Notes under the pieces: generated by a model
The model's input: the letters and a program-made list of their open reading frames with translations, nothing else
Databases searched by the model: none
What the model was told of the DNA's origin: nothing
Made by a program: the position numbers and the translations under genes
Part shown: piece after piece, positions 18,731-28,514 of the stretch
Numbering within the stretch: position 1 is the stretch's first letter
How the letters are laid out: the number at the start of each line of letters is the position of its first letter
Origin: an uncultured Actinomycetes bacterium
GTDB taxonomy: Bacteria; Actinomycetota; UBA4738; HRBIN12
Length of the DNA stretch: 64,000 nucleotides
Assembly: GCA_963705545.1 (NCBI GenBank)
Contig: CAVPJX010000001.1
Span: 1,093,246 to 1,157,245 of the forward strand
Reading direction: 5' to 3'

Positions 18731-19480
18731 ATGGCCGAGCTCGACGACATCCGGCGACCGATCGTCGACTACGTGGAGTCGTGGCTGGACGCCGACGCGG
18801 AGCGGATGGGGTCATGCCTGCATCCCGCCCTCGCCAAACGCGCGATCGTCGACCCCGATTCCGGGGCCTTGACGCTCGACGAGGCGCCCTTCGCCGTGAT
18901 GACGACCGATGCCGTCGCGGGCGGACCCAAGCCCTACAGGAAGACGATGGAGATCGACCTCCTCGATCGGACCGGCGACATCGCCTCCGCTCGGGTCGTC
19001 TCCGAGCCCTTCGTGGATCACCTGCATCTCGCGCGCTTCGGCGATCGCTGGCTGATCGTGAACGTGCTCTACCGACGGCGCCCGGCGGCGGACGCCCCCG
19101 GCGACCCGGTCCCTGCCCGGCTGGTGCTCGACGCCTACGCGTCCTCGTGGTTCGACCGCGACGTGGAGCAGGCCCGCGCGGTCTACCACCCCGACTTCGT
19201 CGAGCGCCGCGACGCCCTCCCCGACGACGGGCTCGAACTCGAGGAGGTCTCGATGCAGGACGTGGTCGACGAGGTGACCGAAGGCGCGCCCCATGGGGTC
19301 GAGCGGAGCTGGGACGCCCGCGTCCTGAGCATCGACGGCGACGTGGCGAGCGGCGTCGTGTCGGTCGGGCCGTGGGACGTGGACGCGCACCTCGGGCGGT
19401 TCGGGGACCGCTGGCTGATCGTGAACATCCTGTACAGGACGAACGCGGAGACCGCCCGGCGAGGGGCCTCATTAGACTCC
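18731..19480 (+). CDS. tandem NTF2-like (putative lumazine-binding family) domain protein
   Basis: Two repeats of a ~120-aa unit ending [16 protein letters not shown] and [16 protein letters not shown]. The frame reads on without a stop into the DMFase-like N-domain, so the 3' boundary is uncertain. Confidence 0.55.
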
Positions 19481-19773
19481 TCCGTGCTCGAGGCGTACTG
19501 CACACCGCTGTCGGTCGCACCCGGGGACGCGGTCGGGCTCCACGTCTCGACGGATGCCGACACGTTCGACGTGGAGATCGCTCGTGACGGGGCGAGCCGA
19601 CGTGGTCTGGCAGACCGGGACGTCGCCGGTCGCGCCATCGAACCCCCGACGACGCGAGCGCGAACGGTTGCGGGTGGCCAGCGACGCTCGAGATCCCGGT
19701 CGACGCAACGTGGCGCTCCGGGTACTACGCCGTCACGCTGACCGCCGGGGACGAGCGCGCGGACGCCTGCTTC

Positions 19774-20943
19774 GTGGTTCGACCCTCCACGACCGACCGC
19801 GCACCGATCCTGCTCGTGCTCGCGACCTCCACGTGGAACGCGTACAACGACTGGGGGGGACCGTCCCTGTACACGGGCGGGACGCGGGTGTCGTTCGAGC
19901 GGCCGTTCGCGAAGGGGTTCCTGGTCAAACCCGAGCCCGTCGGCCGGATGATGCAGCCGGTGCCGGACCGCGAGGCGATGGGATATCGCACGTGGGCGCG
20001 ACCCCTGGGCCTGTCCGACTGGAGCGGAGGCGCCGGCTGGTGGAACTGGGAGCGGCCGTTCCTGCGCTGGGCCGAGGCGAACGGGTACCGGATCGACGTG
20101 GCGACCTCCCAGGATCTGGACGCGCAGCCGGAGCTCCTCGACGACTATCGGCTCAGCCTGCACGTGGGGCACGACGAGTACTGGTCCCGCGGGATGCGCG
20201 ACGCCCTCGATCGGTTCGTCGCGGCGGGAGGCAACGCCGCGATCTTCAGCGGGAACACCTGCTTCTGGCAGGTCCGCTTCGACGACGACCGCCGGGCGAT
20301 GACGGGCTTCAAGTACCGCGCCGACGAGGATCCGGTCCTCGGCACCGCCGACGAGCACCTGCTCACCGGGGCGTGGTCGGACCGGAGGGTCGGGCATCCG
20401 GAGACCTCGACGATCGGCCTCACGTTCACCCGTGGCGGCTACTCCCGGTACGGGCTGGGTGCGCCGGAGGCATCGGCCGGCTACACGGTCCATCGGCCCG
20501 ACCACTGGGCCTTCGCCGGGACCGGCCTGGGGCGTGACGACGTCTTCGGGGCGCGCGACGCGATCGTCGCGTACGAGGTGGACGGCTGCGCCCTCAGACC
20601 GCGCGACGGGCTCCCCGTCCCGACCCACGAGGACGGTGCCCCGGAGTCGCTCGAGATCCTCGCGACCGCCCCCGCGAGCCTCTGGACCCAGGACGAGCAG
20701 CCCACCCGCTACGCCCACGAGCCGGGCGAGCGTGAGCATGTGGCGGCGGCGCTCTTCGGCGACGCGTCACCCGGACACGTCGCGGCCCTCGCGGACAACC
20801 ACGCCGTGATGGGCGTCTTCGATCGGCCGGGCGGCGGGACGGTGTTCAACGCCGGGGTGATCGACTGGGCCTTCGGGCTGAAGCACGGCGATCCGGTCGT
20901 CGAGCGCATCACCCGCAACGTGCTCGACCGGCTGAGCGGCTGA
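19774..20943 (+). CDS. N,N-dimethylformamidase large-subunit-like (DmfA2-like) C-terminal domain protein; the intact ORF portion of a frame-disrupted gene
   Basis: STWNAYNDWGG and following conserved blocks. The N-terminal domain (SVAPGDAVGLHVS...FDVEIARDG) lies upstream in another frame, with the break near the C5 run at 19643-19647. Confidence 0.6.
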   Translation: MVRPSTTDRAPILLVLATSTWNAYNDWGGPSLYTGGTRVSFERPFAKGFLVKPEPVGRMMQPVPDREAMGYRTWARPLGLSDWSGGAGWWNWERPFLRWAEANGYRIDVATSQDLDAQPELLDDYRLSLHVGHDEYWSRGMRDALDRFVAAGGNAAIFSGNTCFWQVRFDDDRRAMTGFKYRADEDPVLGTADEHLLTGAWSDRRVGHPETSTIGLTFTRGGYSRYGLGAPEASAGYTVHRPDHWAFAGTGLGRDDVFGARDAIVAYEVDGCALRPRDGLPVPTHEDGAPESLEILATAPASLWTQDEQPTRYAHEPGEREHVAAALFGDASPGHVAALADNHAVMGVFDRPGGGTVFNAGVIDWAFGLKHGDPVVERITRNVLDRLSG

Positions 20944-21048
20944 CCATCCGATCGCGGAGCCGCCGGACGATCTGGATGGACTAGCCTCCCCGGCATCGGA
21001 TCGAGGGAGGGTTCGCGAGATGAGGAGGTCTGCGCGACCGGCGCGATC

Positions 21049-22494
21049 GTGCTCGTCGTGTGGATATCGCTGGGCGTCGCGTTCTCGGCCGGCGCACCCG
21101 CCTCGGCCACGGCGAGCGCAACGACCGGACATCGATCCGAGCGCCGGGATCTCGAACCTCGACCACCTGATCTTCGTCGTGCAGGAGAACCGATCGTTCG
21201 ACCACTACTTCGGAACCTTCCCCGGCGCGGACGGCCTGCCGAGGCGGCCGACGGCACGCATGGCGGCATGCATCCCCGACCCCGAGGCCGGCCGGCTGCT
21301 TCGCGCCCGTACCACGACCGGGACGTGTACGACGAGGGAGGGCCGCACAACCAGGCCGCGTCACGGATCACGGTTCACGGTGGTGCGATGGATGGGGCGA
21401 TCCGCGCCCTGCAGACGATCCCCACGTCCTGCCGGAAGCACCCGCGCCCCGCGTGCGCGGCGGCCAAGCGCGGACCGCAGGGGCAGCCGGACCTCCTCGG
21501 CTACCACACCGCGCACGAGATCCCGAACTACTGGGCGTACGCGCGAACCTACGGCCTCCAGGATCGGATGTTCGCGCCGTCGGACTCGTGGACCCTGCCG
21601 TCGCACCTGTACCTGGTCTCGGCCTGGTCGGCCACCTGCCCCCGGCCGATGGACCCGATGAGCTGCCGGTCGGATCTGAAGTTGCCCGGCAACAACGTCG
21701 CCGGCAACGGGAGGATCTGGACGCCGGCAGACGGTGCGCCGCGACCCTACGCATGGGCGGACATCACCTGGCTGCTCTCGAACGCCGGCGTCAGCTGGGG
21801 TTACTACGTGGGACGCGGGACCTGCATCCTGCCACCTTGTGAACCTCGCCAACCCCCGAACACGAACCCGATCCAGAACCCGCTTCCCGGGTTCCGTACG
21901 GTGAAGGCGACGGACGGGTTCGTGAACATCAAGTATCACGGGAGGTTCTTCGAGGCGGCCGCGAACGGGAACCTCCCGGCGGTGTCGTGGGTGATGTCGT
22001 CGTACGGCGACAGCGAGCACCCGCCGGACTCGATCTGGAACGGCCAGGCCTGGGTCACGCGTGTCGTGAACGCGGTGATGCAGGGCCCCGAGGAGCAGTG
22101 GCTCCACACGGCGATCTTCATCACGTGGGACGACTGGGGCGGGTTCTACGATCACGTGCGGCCGATCCGGATCGACCCGAACGGCTACGGGATCCGCGTC
22201 CCGGGCATCGTCGTGAGCCCGTGGGTCCGACCGGGCTCGATCGATCACCAGACCCTGTCGTTCGACGCGTACCTCAAGCTGATCGAGGATCGGTTCCTGG
22301 CCGGCCAGCGACTCGACCCCGCGACCGACGGCTGGCCCGACGCCAGACCGTCCGTTCGGGAGGAGGCGGCTCGATTGGGTGACCTCGCGCTGGAGTTCGA
22401 CTTCTCGCAGGACCCGATCCCACCACTGATCCTCGAGCTGTGGCCGAACGGGGCCGTGCCGGACGCCCATCCCGCCCCCTGGAGCGGCGGATGA
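21049..22494 (+). CDS. phosphoesterase family protein (phospholipase C/acid phosphatase AcpA-like), 5' region frame-scrambled
   Basis: Downstream motifs GDSEHP and [12 protein letters not shown]. The signature N-terminal block [29 protein letters not shown] is in a different frame (21128-21300), as is the RBS-preceded ATG at 21020. Confidence 0.65.
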   Translation: MLVVWISLGVAFSAGAPASATASATTGHRSERRDLEPRPPDLRRAGEPIVRPLLRNLPRRGRPAEAADGTHGGMHPRPRGRPAASRPYHDRDVYDEGGPHNQAASRITVHGGAMDGAIRALQTIPTSCRKHPRPACAAAKRGPQGQPDLLGYHTAHEIPNYWAYARTYGLQDRMFAPSDSWTLPSHLYLVSAWSATCPRPMDPMSCRSDLKLPGNNVAGNGRIWTPADGAPRPYAWADITWLLSNAGVSWGYYVGRGTCILPPCEPRQPPNTNPIQNPLPGFRTVKATDGFVNIKYHGRFFEAAANGNLPAVSWVMSSYGDSEHPPDSIWNGQAWVTRVVNAVMQGPEEQWLHTAIFITWDDWGGFYDHVRPIRIDPNGYGIRVPGIVVSPWVRPGSIDHQTLSFDAYLKLIEDRFLAGQRLDPATDGWPDARPSVREEAARLGDLALEFDFSQDPIPPLILELWPNGAVPDAHPAPWSGG

Positions 22495-23414
22495 GTCGGA
22501 TCCGGCGGCTGGCGGAGCGCACGGCGGCGGCCGGGCTGGCGATCGCCCTCATCCTCGGCTGCGCCACGATCGCGCACGCCGGAGCCCCGCGCGGTCAGTT
22601 CGTGTCCCGTTGCGGGTACTCGCACTCCCTGCCCGACGACCCGATCCTGCATCCGGACATGCCCGGCATGTCGCACCGCCACGACTTCTTCGGCAGTACC
22701 GAGACGGCGGCGAGCGCCACCGCGCAACAGCTGATGCGAGGAGGCTCGACGTGCCGGCTGGCCAAGGACACCGCCGCGTACTGGTTCCCGTCCGGGTACG
22801 CCGGGGGGGAGGTCTTGATCCCGACGTTCGCGAAGGCGTACTACTTCGGCCTGCCCCTCCGGGAGGTCGTCGTTCCGCCGTTCGGGCTCCAGATGGTCGC
22901 GGGCAACCCCGACGCCCTGGCGCCCGGCGAGAACCCTCACGCCACCTGGTCCTGTGGAGCGGAGGGCGTGCGCCGAACGCCGGTCGCCGACCATCCGTAC
23001 GACTGCACGCCCTACGCCGAGCGATGGGCGTTCGTCGACAGCGTGGTCGCACGCTTGCAGTTCCCGAACTGCTGGGACGGGCAGGGACTCGGACCGGAAG
23101 CGGTCGTGTACACGACGGATCGCCGATGCCCCGAGGGGTACCGGGTCCGCCTCCCGGCCTTCCGGACGCAGATCCACTTCGGGATCCTGGATCCCTGTGG
23201 GGCGGGGGCGGACTGCGCACCGGGCTCGACCGGCGACGGCGTGACCCTCCATCTCGCGAGCGGTCCTTACTACACGCTGCATGCCGACTTCTGGAACACG
23301 TGGCGTCCCGGTGTCCTGGCACGGCTCGTGCGGACCTGTCTCAACGTCCACCGGGCCTGCGGGACCGTCGCCGACCGGCCGGCGCTGGCTGAGGTCCGCA
23401 GGCTCCGCGGATGA
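22491..23414 (+). CDS. DUF1996-like secreted protein
   Basis: Signal peptide [30 protein letters not shown]. Conserved Cys/His-rich blocks typical of DUF1996. ATG overlaps the upstream stop (ATGA). Confidence 0.7.
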   Translation: MSRIRRLAERTAAAGLAIALILGCATIAHAGAPRGQFVSRCGYSHSLPDDPILHPDMPGMSHRHDFFGSTETAASATAQQLMRGGSTCRLAKDTAAYWFPSGYAGGEVLIPTFAKAYYFGLPLREVVVPPFGLQMVAGNPDALAPGENPHATWSCGAEGVRRTPVADHPYDCTPYAERWAFVDSVVARLQFPNCWDGQGLGPEAVVYTTDRRCPEGYRVRLPAFRTQIHFGILDPCGAGADCAPGSTGDGVTLHLASGPYYTLHADFWNTWRPGVLARLVRTCLNVHRACGTVADRPALAEVRRLRG

Positions 23415-23463
23415 TCGTCCCGACGCGGCCCGCCCGAGGGGGCGGCCCTATACTCGGGACCCG

Positions 23464-23625
23464 ATGCCCAAGCGGTTCCAGATCCGCCCGCCGGGCCTCA
23501 AGCCCACCACGAAGGTCGGCACGTTCGGACCGTACCGGGGCCGGCTCGGCCTCGCATGGGTGATCGCCCCGTTGATCGCCGGGGTCCTGATCCTCGTCGC
23601 CGGATACCTCGCGCTCTTCCGCTGA
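23464..23625 (+). CDS. small hypothetical membrane protein (53 aa, one TM)
   Basis: MPKRFQIRPPGLKPTTKVGTFGPYRGRLGLAWVIAPLIAGVLILVAGYLALFR. ATG in frame within ORF 23281..23625. Confidence 0.4.
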   Translation: MPKRFQIRPPGLKPTTKVGTFGPYRGRLGLAWVIAPLIAGVLILVAGYLALFR

Positions 23626-23631
23626 TCCGGG

Positions 23632-24114
23632 ATGCGCTGGGACGCGTTCGCCTCCGCGTGCCCCGAGATCGCGGACCTCGCCCTGGAGCGGCTGACGGCC
23701 CACGAGCTCTGCATGCTCGGCACGCTCCGCGCCGACGGCTCGCCGCGGATCACCCCGTGCGAGTTCGACGTCGCGGCGGGCGAGCTCATGCTCGGCATGA
23801 TGTGGCAGAGCCGCAAGGCGCTCGACCTGCTCCGTGACCCGCGGTGCGTCGTCCACAGCTGCACGAGCGATCGGATGGGGACCGAGGGCGACGCCAAGCT
23901 CTACGGAACGGCGATACGGGTCGAGGACACCGAGCGGCGCGGGGCCTACCGCGACGCGATCCGGCGGCGGATCGACTGGGCACCCGACGAGCCGAACTTC
24001 CACCTCTTCGCGCTCGACGTGACGTCCGCGGGGTTCATCACCTTCCAGGAGCCCCGGCGAGCGCTGGCGTGGGACGAGGGCACGGGGCTCCGCGAGCTCG
24101 CCCACCCCGGCTGA
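23632..24114 (+). CDS. pyridoxamine 5'-phosphate oxidase family protein (PPOX-class, possibly F420-dependent)
   Basis: Split-barrel FMN/F420-binding fold signature, 160 aa. Confidence 0.65.
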   Translation: MRWDAFASACPEIADLALERLTAHELCMLGTLRADGSPRITPCEFDVAAGELMLGMMWQSRKALDLLRDPRCVVHSCTSDRMGTEGDAKLYGTAIRVEDTERRGAYRDAIRRRIDWAPDEPNFHLFALDVTSAGFITFQEPRRALAWDEGTGLRELAHPG

Positions 24115-24124
24115 GCCGGCCGGG

Positions 24125-26395
24125 TCACCCAACCTTGCGCAGCGGCGCGTAGGCGAGCAGCACGCGCTTCTCCCCCACGTCGCCGAACCGGATCGTCGCC
24201 TCGGCGTCGTCGCCGGCACCGGAGACGGTCAGCACCACGCCCTCGCCCCAGCGCTCGTGCGCGACCGTGTCGCCGGCCACGATGGCGGGCGCCTCGCGCC
24301 GCGGGACCCCGACCGGGCGCGGAGGCGACCAGCCGGGCGCCACCTCCACGGCCTCGCCGCGACCGGGAAGCCCAACGACCGAGTACCCGCGTTGGGCTTC
24401 GGCGTGGATCGCAGCCCCGGCACCACGCCCCCGATGTCGGCTCCGTGCCTCCGCCTCGCGTACGTCCAGCAGGTGCTCCGGGATCTCGGACAGGAACCGC
24501 GAGGGCGGGTTGTACTGGGTCTGGCCGAAGAGCGTCCGGCTCCATGCGTAGGCCAGGTACAACCGCTGCTGCGCCCGGGTGATGCCGACGTAGGCGAGGC
24601 GGCGTTCCTCCTCGAGCGCGGCCGAGTCGGTCATCGACCGGTAGTGCGGGAAGATCCCATCCTCCAGCCCCACGATGAACACCACGGGGAACTCGAGGCC
24701 CTTCGCGATGTGCAGCGTCATCAGCGTGATCGCGGACTCGTCCTCGTCGTACTCGTCCTGCTCCCCGACCAGCGAGACCTGCTCCAAGAAGCCCGCGAGG
24801 TCCGTGTCCGGCTCCCGCGCGACGATCTCGGCCGCCACCCCGGCGAGCTCCTGGAGGTTCTCGATCCGGCCCTGCGCCTCGATCGTCCGCTCCTCCTCGA
24901 GCTCGGCGAGGTAGCCGGACTCCTGGGTAGCGAACTCGACCATCCGGGCCGGACCCGCGCCGTCGTCCAGGTGCCGCTGGAGCGCCTCGACCACCTGGAC
25001 GAAGCCGAACACCGCGCCCTTCGCGCGCGTACCGAGCGTGGCGATCCGGTCCACCTGCCGGCACGCGTCGAGCACGTGGATCCCCTCGTCGTACGCGAAC
25101 GTCTCGACCGAGGCCACGGTCGCGTCGCCGATCCCACGCTTCGGTGTGTTCACGACGCGCCGGAACGAGATCACGTCCTGCGGGTTCACCAGCAGGCGGA
25201 GGTACGCGAGGATGTCCTTGATCTCCTTGCGCTGGTAGAAGCGCACGCCGCCGAACACGCGGTACGGGGTGCCGATCCGCATCAGCACGTCCTCGAGCAC
25301 CCGGCTCTGGGCGTTCGTCCGGTAGAAGACGGCGACGTCGCGGTAGCGGAACCCCTCGGACGCTCGCAGCCGTTCGATCTCGTCGGCGACGAAGAACGCC
25401 TCGTCGTGCTCGTCCTCCGCCCGGTAGCGGACGGTCAGCTCGCCGTTCGGCGCCTCGGTCCACAGGCTCTTCGGCTTGCGCTGGACGTTGTTCGCGATCA
25501 GCGCGTTCGCGATCTCGAGGATGTTCTGCGTGGAGCGGTAGTTCTGCTCCATCAGGAACACCGCCGCGTCGGGATAGTCGCGCTCGAAGTCCAGGATGTT
25601 CTGGATCGTTGCTCCGCGCCACGAGTAGACCCCTTGGTCGGCGTCCCCCACGACGCAGACGTTGCGATACTTCGCCGCGAGCTGGTTCACGAGCTCGTAC
25701 TGCGCTCGGTTCGTGTCCTGGTACTCGTCCACCAGGATGTAGCGGAACCGCTCCTGGTAGTGCTGCAGCACCTCCGGATGCTCGTCGAACAGCCGCACCA
25801 TCTCCGAGATCAGATCGTCGAAGTCGAGCGCCCCCGCGGCCTTCTTGCGCCGCTCGTACTCGGCGTACACCTTCGCGATCGTCTCCTCGTAGAAGTTGCC
25901 CGCCTGCTCGGCGAACCGGTCCGGGCCGATCACCTGATCCTTCGCCCGGCCGATGCCGGCGGCCATCGCCTTCGGCGGGAACCGCTTCGGGTCGAGGTCG
26001 AGGTCCTTCAGGACCTGCGCGATCAACCGCTCGGTATCGCCGTCGTCGTAGATCGTGAAGCTCGACGGGACGCCCAGGTGCGCGTGCTCCCGTCGGAGGA
26101 TCCGCGCGCACGCCGAGTGGAACGTGAGGATCCACATCCCGTGGGCCATCCGAGCGCCCATCAATCCCTCGACGCGCTCGGCCATCTCGCGGGCGGCCTT
26201 GTTCGTGAACGTGATCGCGAGGATCTGACCCGGTGAGACGTCGCGCTCGCGGATCAGGTACGCGATCCGGTGCGTCAGGGCTCGGGTCTTCCCCGACCCG
26301 GCGCCGGCGACGATCAGGACCGGGCCATCGGTGTGCAGCACGGCCTCGGCCTGGATGTCGTTCAGGCCTTCGAGGAGGGGGGACACGGTCGCCAC
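24125..26395 (-). CDS. pcrA: ATP-dependent DNA helicase PcrA/UvrD
   Basis: GAGSGKTR Walker A, the UvrD helicase motifs and 756 aa. Confidence 0.9.
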   Translation of the reverse strand: MATVSPLLEGLNDIQAEAVLHTDGPVLIVAGAGSGKTRALTHRIAYLIRERDVSPGQILAITFTNKAAREMAERVEGLMGARMAHGMWILTFHSACARILRREHAHLGVPSSFTIYDDGDTERLIAQVLKDLDLDPKRFPPKAMAAGIGRAKDQVIGPDRFAEQAGNFYEETIAKVYAEYERRKKAAGALDFDDLISEMVRLFDEHPEVLQHYQERFRYILVDEYQDTNRAQYELVNQLAAKYRNVCVVGDADQGVYSWRGATIQNILDFERDYPDAAVFLMEQNYRSTQNILEIANALIANNVQRKPKSLWTEAPNGELTVRYRAEDEHDEAFFVADEIERLRASEGFRYRDVAVFYRTNAQSRVLEDVLMRIGTPYRVFGGVRFYQRKEIKDILAYLRLLVNPQDVISFRRVVNTPKRGIGDATVASVETFAYDEGIHVLDACRQVDRIATLGTRAKGAVFGFVQVVEALQRHLDDGAGPARMVEFATQESGYLAELEEERTIEAQGRIENLQELAGVAAEIVAREPDTDLAGFLEQVSLVGEQDEYDEDESAITLMTLHIAKGLEFPVVFIVGLEDGIFPHYRSMTDSAALEEERRLAYVGITRAQQRLYLAYAWSRTLFGQTQYNPPSRFLSEIPEHLLDVREAEARSRHRGRGAGAAIHAEAQRGYSVVGLPGRGEAVEVAPGWSPPRPVGVPRREAPAIVAGDTVAHERWGEGVVLTVSGAGDDAEATIRFGDVGEKRVLLAYAPLRKVG

Positions 26396-26478
26396 GACCC
26401 GATGCTAACGCGCCCTCGGGACGCCCCCCGCCGGACGTTCGTTGTGCACCTCGCGGACCGGCCGTACCCTGGACCGAC

Positions 26479-27126
26479 GTGGACGCCGAAGCCCTTCCCC
26501 GCACCCAGGCGCCTGCAGCCCGGCGACGGCCGCTCTGGAGCACGATCCTGCATTGGTTCGGCATCGCCTGCCTCATGCTCGCCGCGGGCGTCGCCGGCTA
26601 CATCGGCTGGCTCCTGTGGGGAACCGGGCTCGAGACGACGGCGGCCCAGGCGGACCTCAAGCAGGGCTTCGAGGCGGTCGTGGACACGCAGACGCCGGAG
26701 CAGGCGCCGCCTCCGGGCGTGGCGCCGCTCCGCGGCTCGGCCTACGCGGAGCTCGTGATCCCCCGGATCGACCTCGACATGATCGTCGTGCAGGGGACGG
26801 ACACCGAGTCGCTGAAGAAGGGTCCGGGCCACTACCCGGACACCGCCGACCCCTGGGACGGCACCGGCCGGGTCGGCATCGCCGGGCACCGCACGACCTA
26901 CCTCGCCCCGTTCCACGATCTCGACGCGATGCGGCTGGGCGATCCGATCACCTTGCGGACGGAGTTCGGCACGTTCGAGTACCGGGTGACGGAGGTCTTC
27001 GTGATCGCGTCGGAGGGCTCGGGCGTCGTGCTCAGCCAGACGACCGAGCCCACGTTGGTCCTGACGACCTGCCACCCGAGGTACTCCTCGAGCCAGCGGC
27101 TGATCGTGACGGCCGAGCGGCTCTGA
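26479..27126 (+). CDS. class E sortase
   Basis: N-terminal TM anchor and catalytic TLVLTTCHP (TLxTC) motif. GTG start chosen just downstream of the pcrA start. Confidence 0.75.
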   Translation: MDAEALPRTQAPAARRRPLWSTILHWFGIACLMLAAGVAGYIGWLLWGTGLETTAAQADLKQGFEAVVDTQTPEQAPPPGVAPLRGSAYAELVIPRIDLDMIVVQGTDTESLKKGPGHYPDTADPWDGTGRVGIAGHRTTYLAPFHDLDAMRLGDPITLRTEFGTFEYRVTEVFVIASEGSGVVLSQTTEPTLVLTTCHPRYSSSQRLIVTAERL

Positions 27127-27159
27127 GCCGAGCCGATCACCGATCCGGCGTGGTCCGGA

Positions 27160-27852
27160 TCAGCCTCCGTCGTCCGTCGAGCGGCAGCCGACGACGGCGG
27201 GCCACAGATCCACGAGCCGGTGGAAGCACTGGTTCACCTTCACCCAGGGCTGGAACGTGAGGTCGGCCGTGCGCAGGTCGTCGAAGGGGCACGGGTCGTC
27301 GATCACCCGCAACCGCAGCGCACCCGCCGCCCGCTTCCATCGATAGCTGCCCTCCATCGAGGAGCAGTTCGAGTCGTTGAACAGGGTGAGCGTGCCGCCG
27401 TCGACCGTGAAGTGACCCGACGCACGGAACCCGGAGATCTGGTGCTCAAGGAAGTACCGGCCCTCGAAGAAGATCAGCGTCGACAGGCCCGCATCCCGCC
27501 GGAACGGGATGCAGCGCAGGCACCGGTACGGCAGCCCCACCAGCGGTCCCCCCACGTCGTCGATCGAGGTCACACGCAGGTACGTCCCGTCGATCGGCGT
27601 GGCCGCGCGCGGCGGACCGGGCCGCGTGTAGGCGTACGGCTCGACCTCGGGCGGCAGGTCGAACGACCGCGCCGCCATGTAGACGCCGCCCACCTTGACC
27701 AGGTCCACCGGGGAGGGTGAGGCGGACGGGCGGACGGGCGGACGCGCCGCGGGCGTCGCGTCGCGCGTCGCCGTCGCCGACCCCACCCCGAACCCGATCG
27801 CGACCCCGAGCGCCAGGGCGACGACGGCCGACGCGCTCGTCCGCTTCGCCAT
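27160..27852 (-). CDS. secreted hypothetical protein
   Basis: Signal peptide MAKRTSASAVVALALGVAIGFGVGSATA. Cys-containing mature domain with no recognised family. Confidence 0.55.
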   Translation of the reverse strand: MAKRTSASAVVALALGVAIGFGVGSATATRDATPAARPPVRPSASPSPVDLVKVGGVYMAARSFDLPPEVEPYAYTRPGPPRAATPIDGTYLRVTSIDDVGGPLVGLPYRCLRCIPFRRDAGLSTLIFFEGRYFLEHQISGFRASGHFTVDGGTLTLFNDSNCSSMEGSYRWKRAAGALRLRVIDDPCPFDDLRTADLTFQPWVKVNQCFHRLVDLWPAVVGCRSTDDGG

Positions 27853-27907
27853 GGCTGCAGGCTATCGGTGTGGCGCGAGACCTGTCAAACCGCTACGCTG
27901 GTCTCGC

Positions 27908-28495
27908 ATGGACCCGGCGCGCATCGCCCGGCTGGGCGAGACCGAGGAGCCCGGCGACCGTCCCACCGCTCCCGGCTCGCTCCGGCTGATCCAGCGGTTC
28001 CTGAACTCGCACAACCACGAGTTCCCGCCCGAGGCGGATCGGCTGGGCACGCCCGCGCGGGCGGCCGCGTGGCTGTCGGCGAGCGGATCGCTGGGGGCCG
28101 GCGAACGCGTGACGGAGGCCGACCGGCGGCGCCTGGTCGCGCTCCGCGGTGCGCTCCGCGAGCTCGTGGCCACGGCGGGCCCGCCGCCTCCGGCCCTCCG
28201 TCGCGAGGCGGCCACCCCGATCGCCGTCGCGTTCGACGATCGAGGGCTCCCGGTGCTCGTCGCGAGCGGGAGCGGCATCGACGGCGCGATCTCGGCGATC
28301 CTGGCCGCCGTCGCGGCGGCATCGCTCGAGGGCTCGTGGGGGCGGCTGAAGACGTGTCGCGAGTGCCGGTGGGCGTTCTACGACCGATCGAAGAACCGGT
28401 CGGGGACCTGGTGCGCGATGCGGATCTGCGGCAACCGGACGAAGAACCGCAGCTACCGCCGGCGGCGCGGCGGCGCGGTTCGGGAGACCGGCTGA
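27908..28495 (+). CDS. CGNR zinc-finger (ABATE domain) putative stress-response regulator
   Basis: C-terminal CRECRWAFYDRSKNRSGTWCAMRICGNRTKNRSYRRRR matches the CGNR zinc-finger signature. Confidence 0.75.
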   Translation: MDPARIARLGETEEPGDRPTAPGSLRLIQRFLNSHNHEFPPEADRLGTPARAAAWLSASGSLGAGERVTEADRRRLVALRGALRELVATAGPPPPALRREAATPIAVAFDDRGLPVLVASGSGIDGAISAILAAVAAASLEGSWGRLKTCRECRWAFYDRSKNRSGTWCAMRICGNRTKNRSYRRRRGGAVRETG

Positions 28496-28514
28496 TCGCC
28501 TCGCACGAACGGGC

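Noticed and set aside
27715-27745. Short tandem heptamer (gcggacg x3)
   Set aside because: It lies inside the signal-peptide coding region of 27160-27852 (Arg/Pro-rich). It is too short and looks like coding-constraint repetition rather than a regulatory or CRISPR element.
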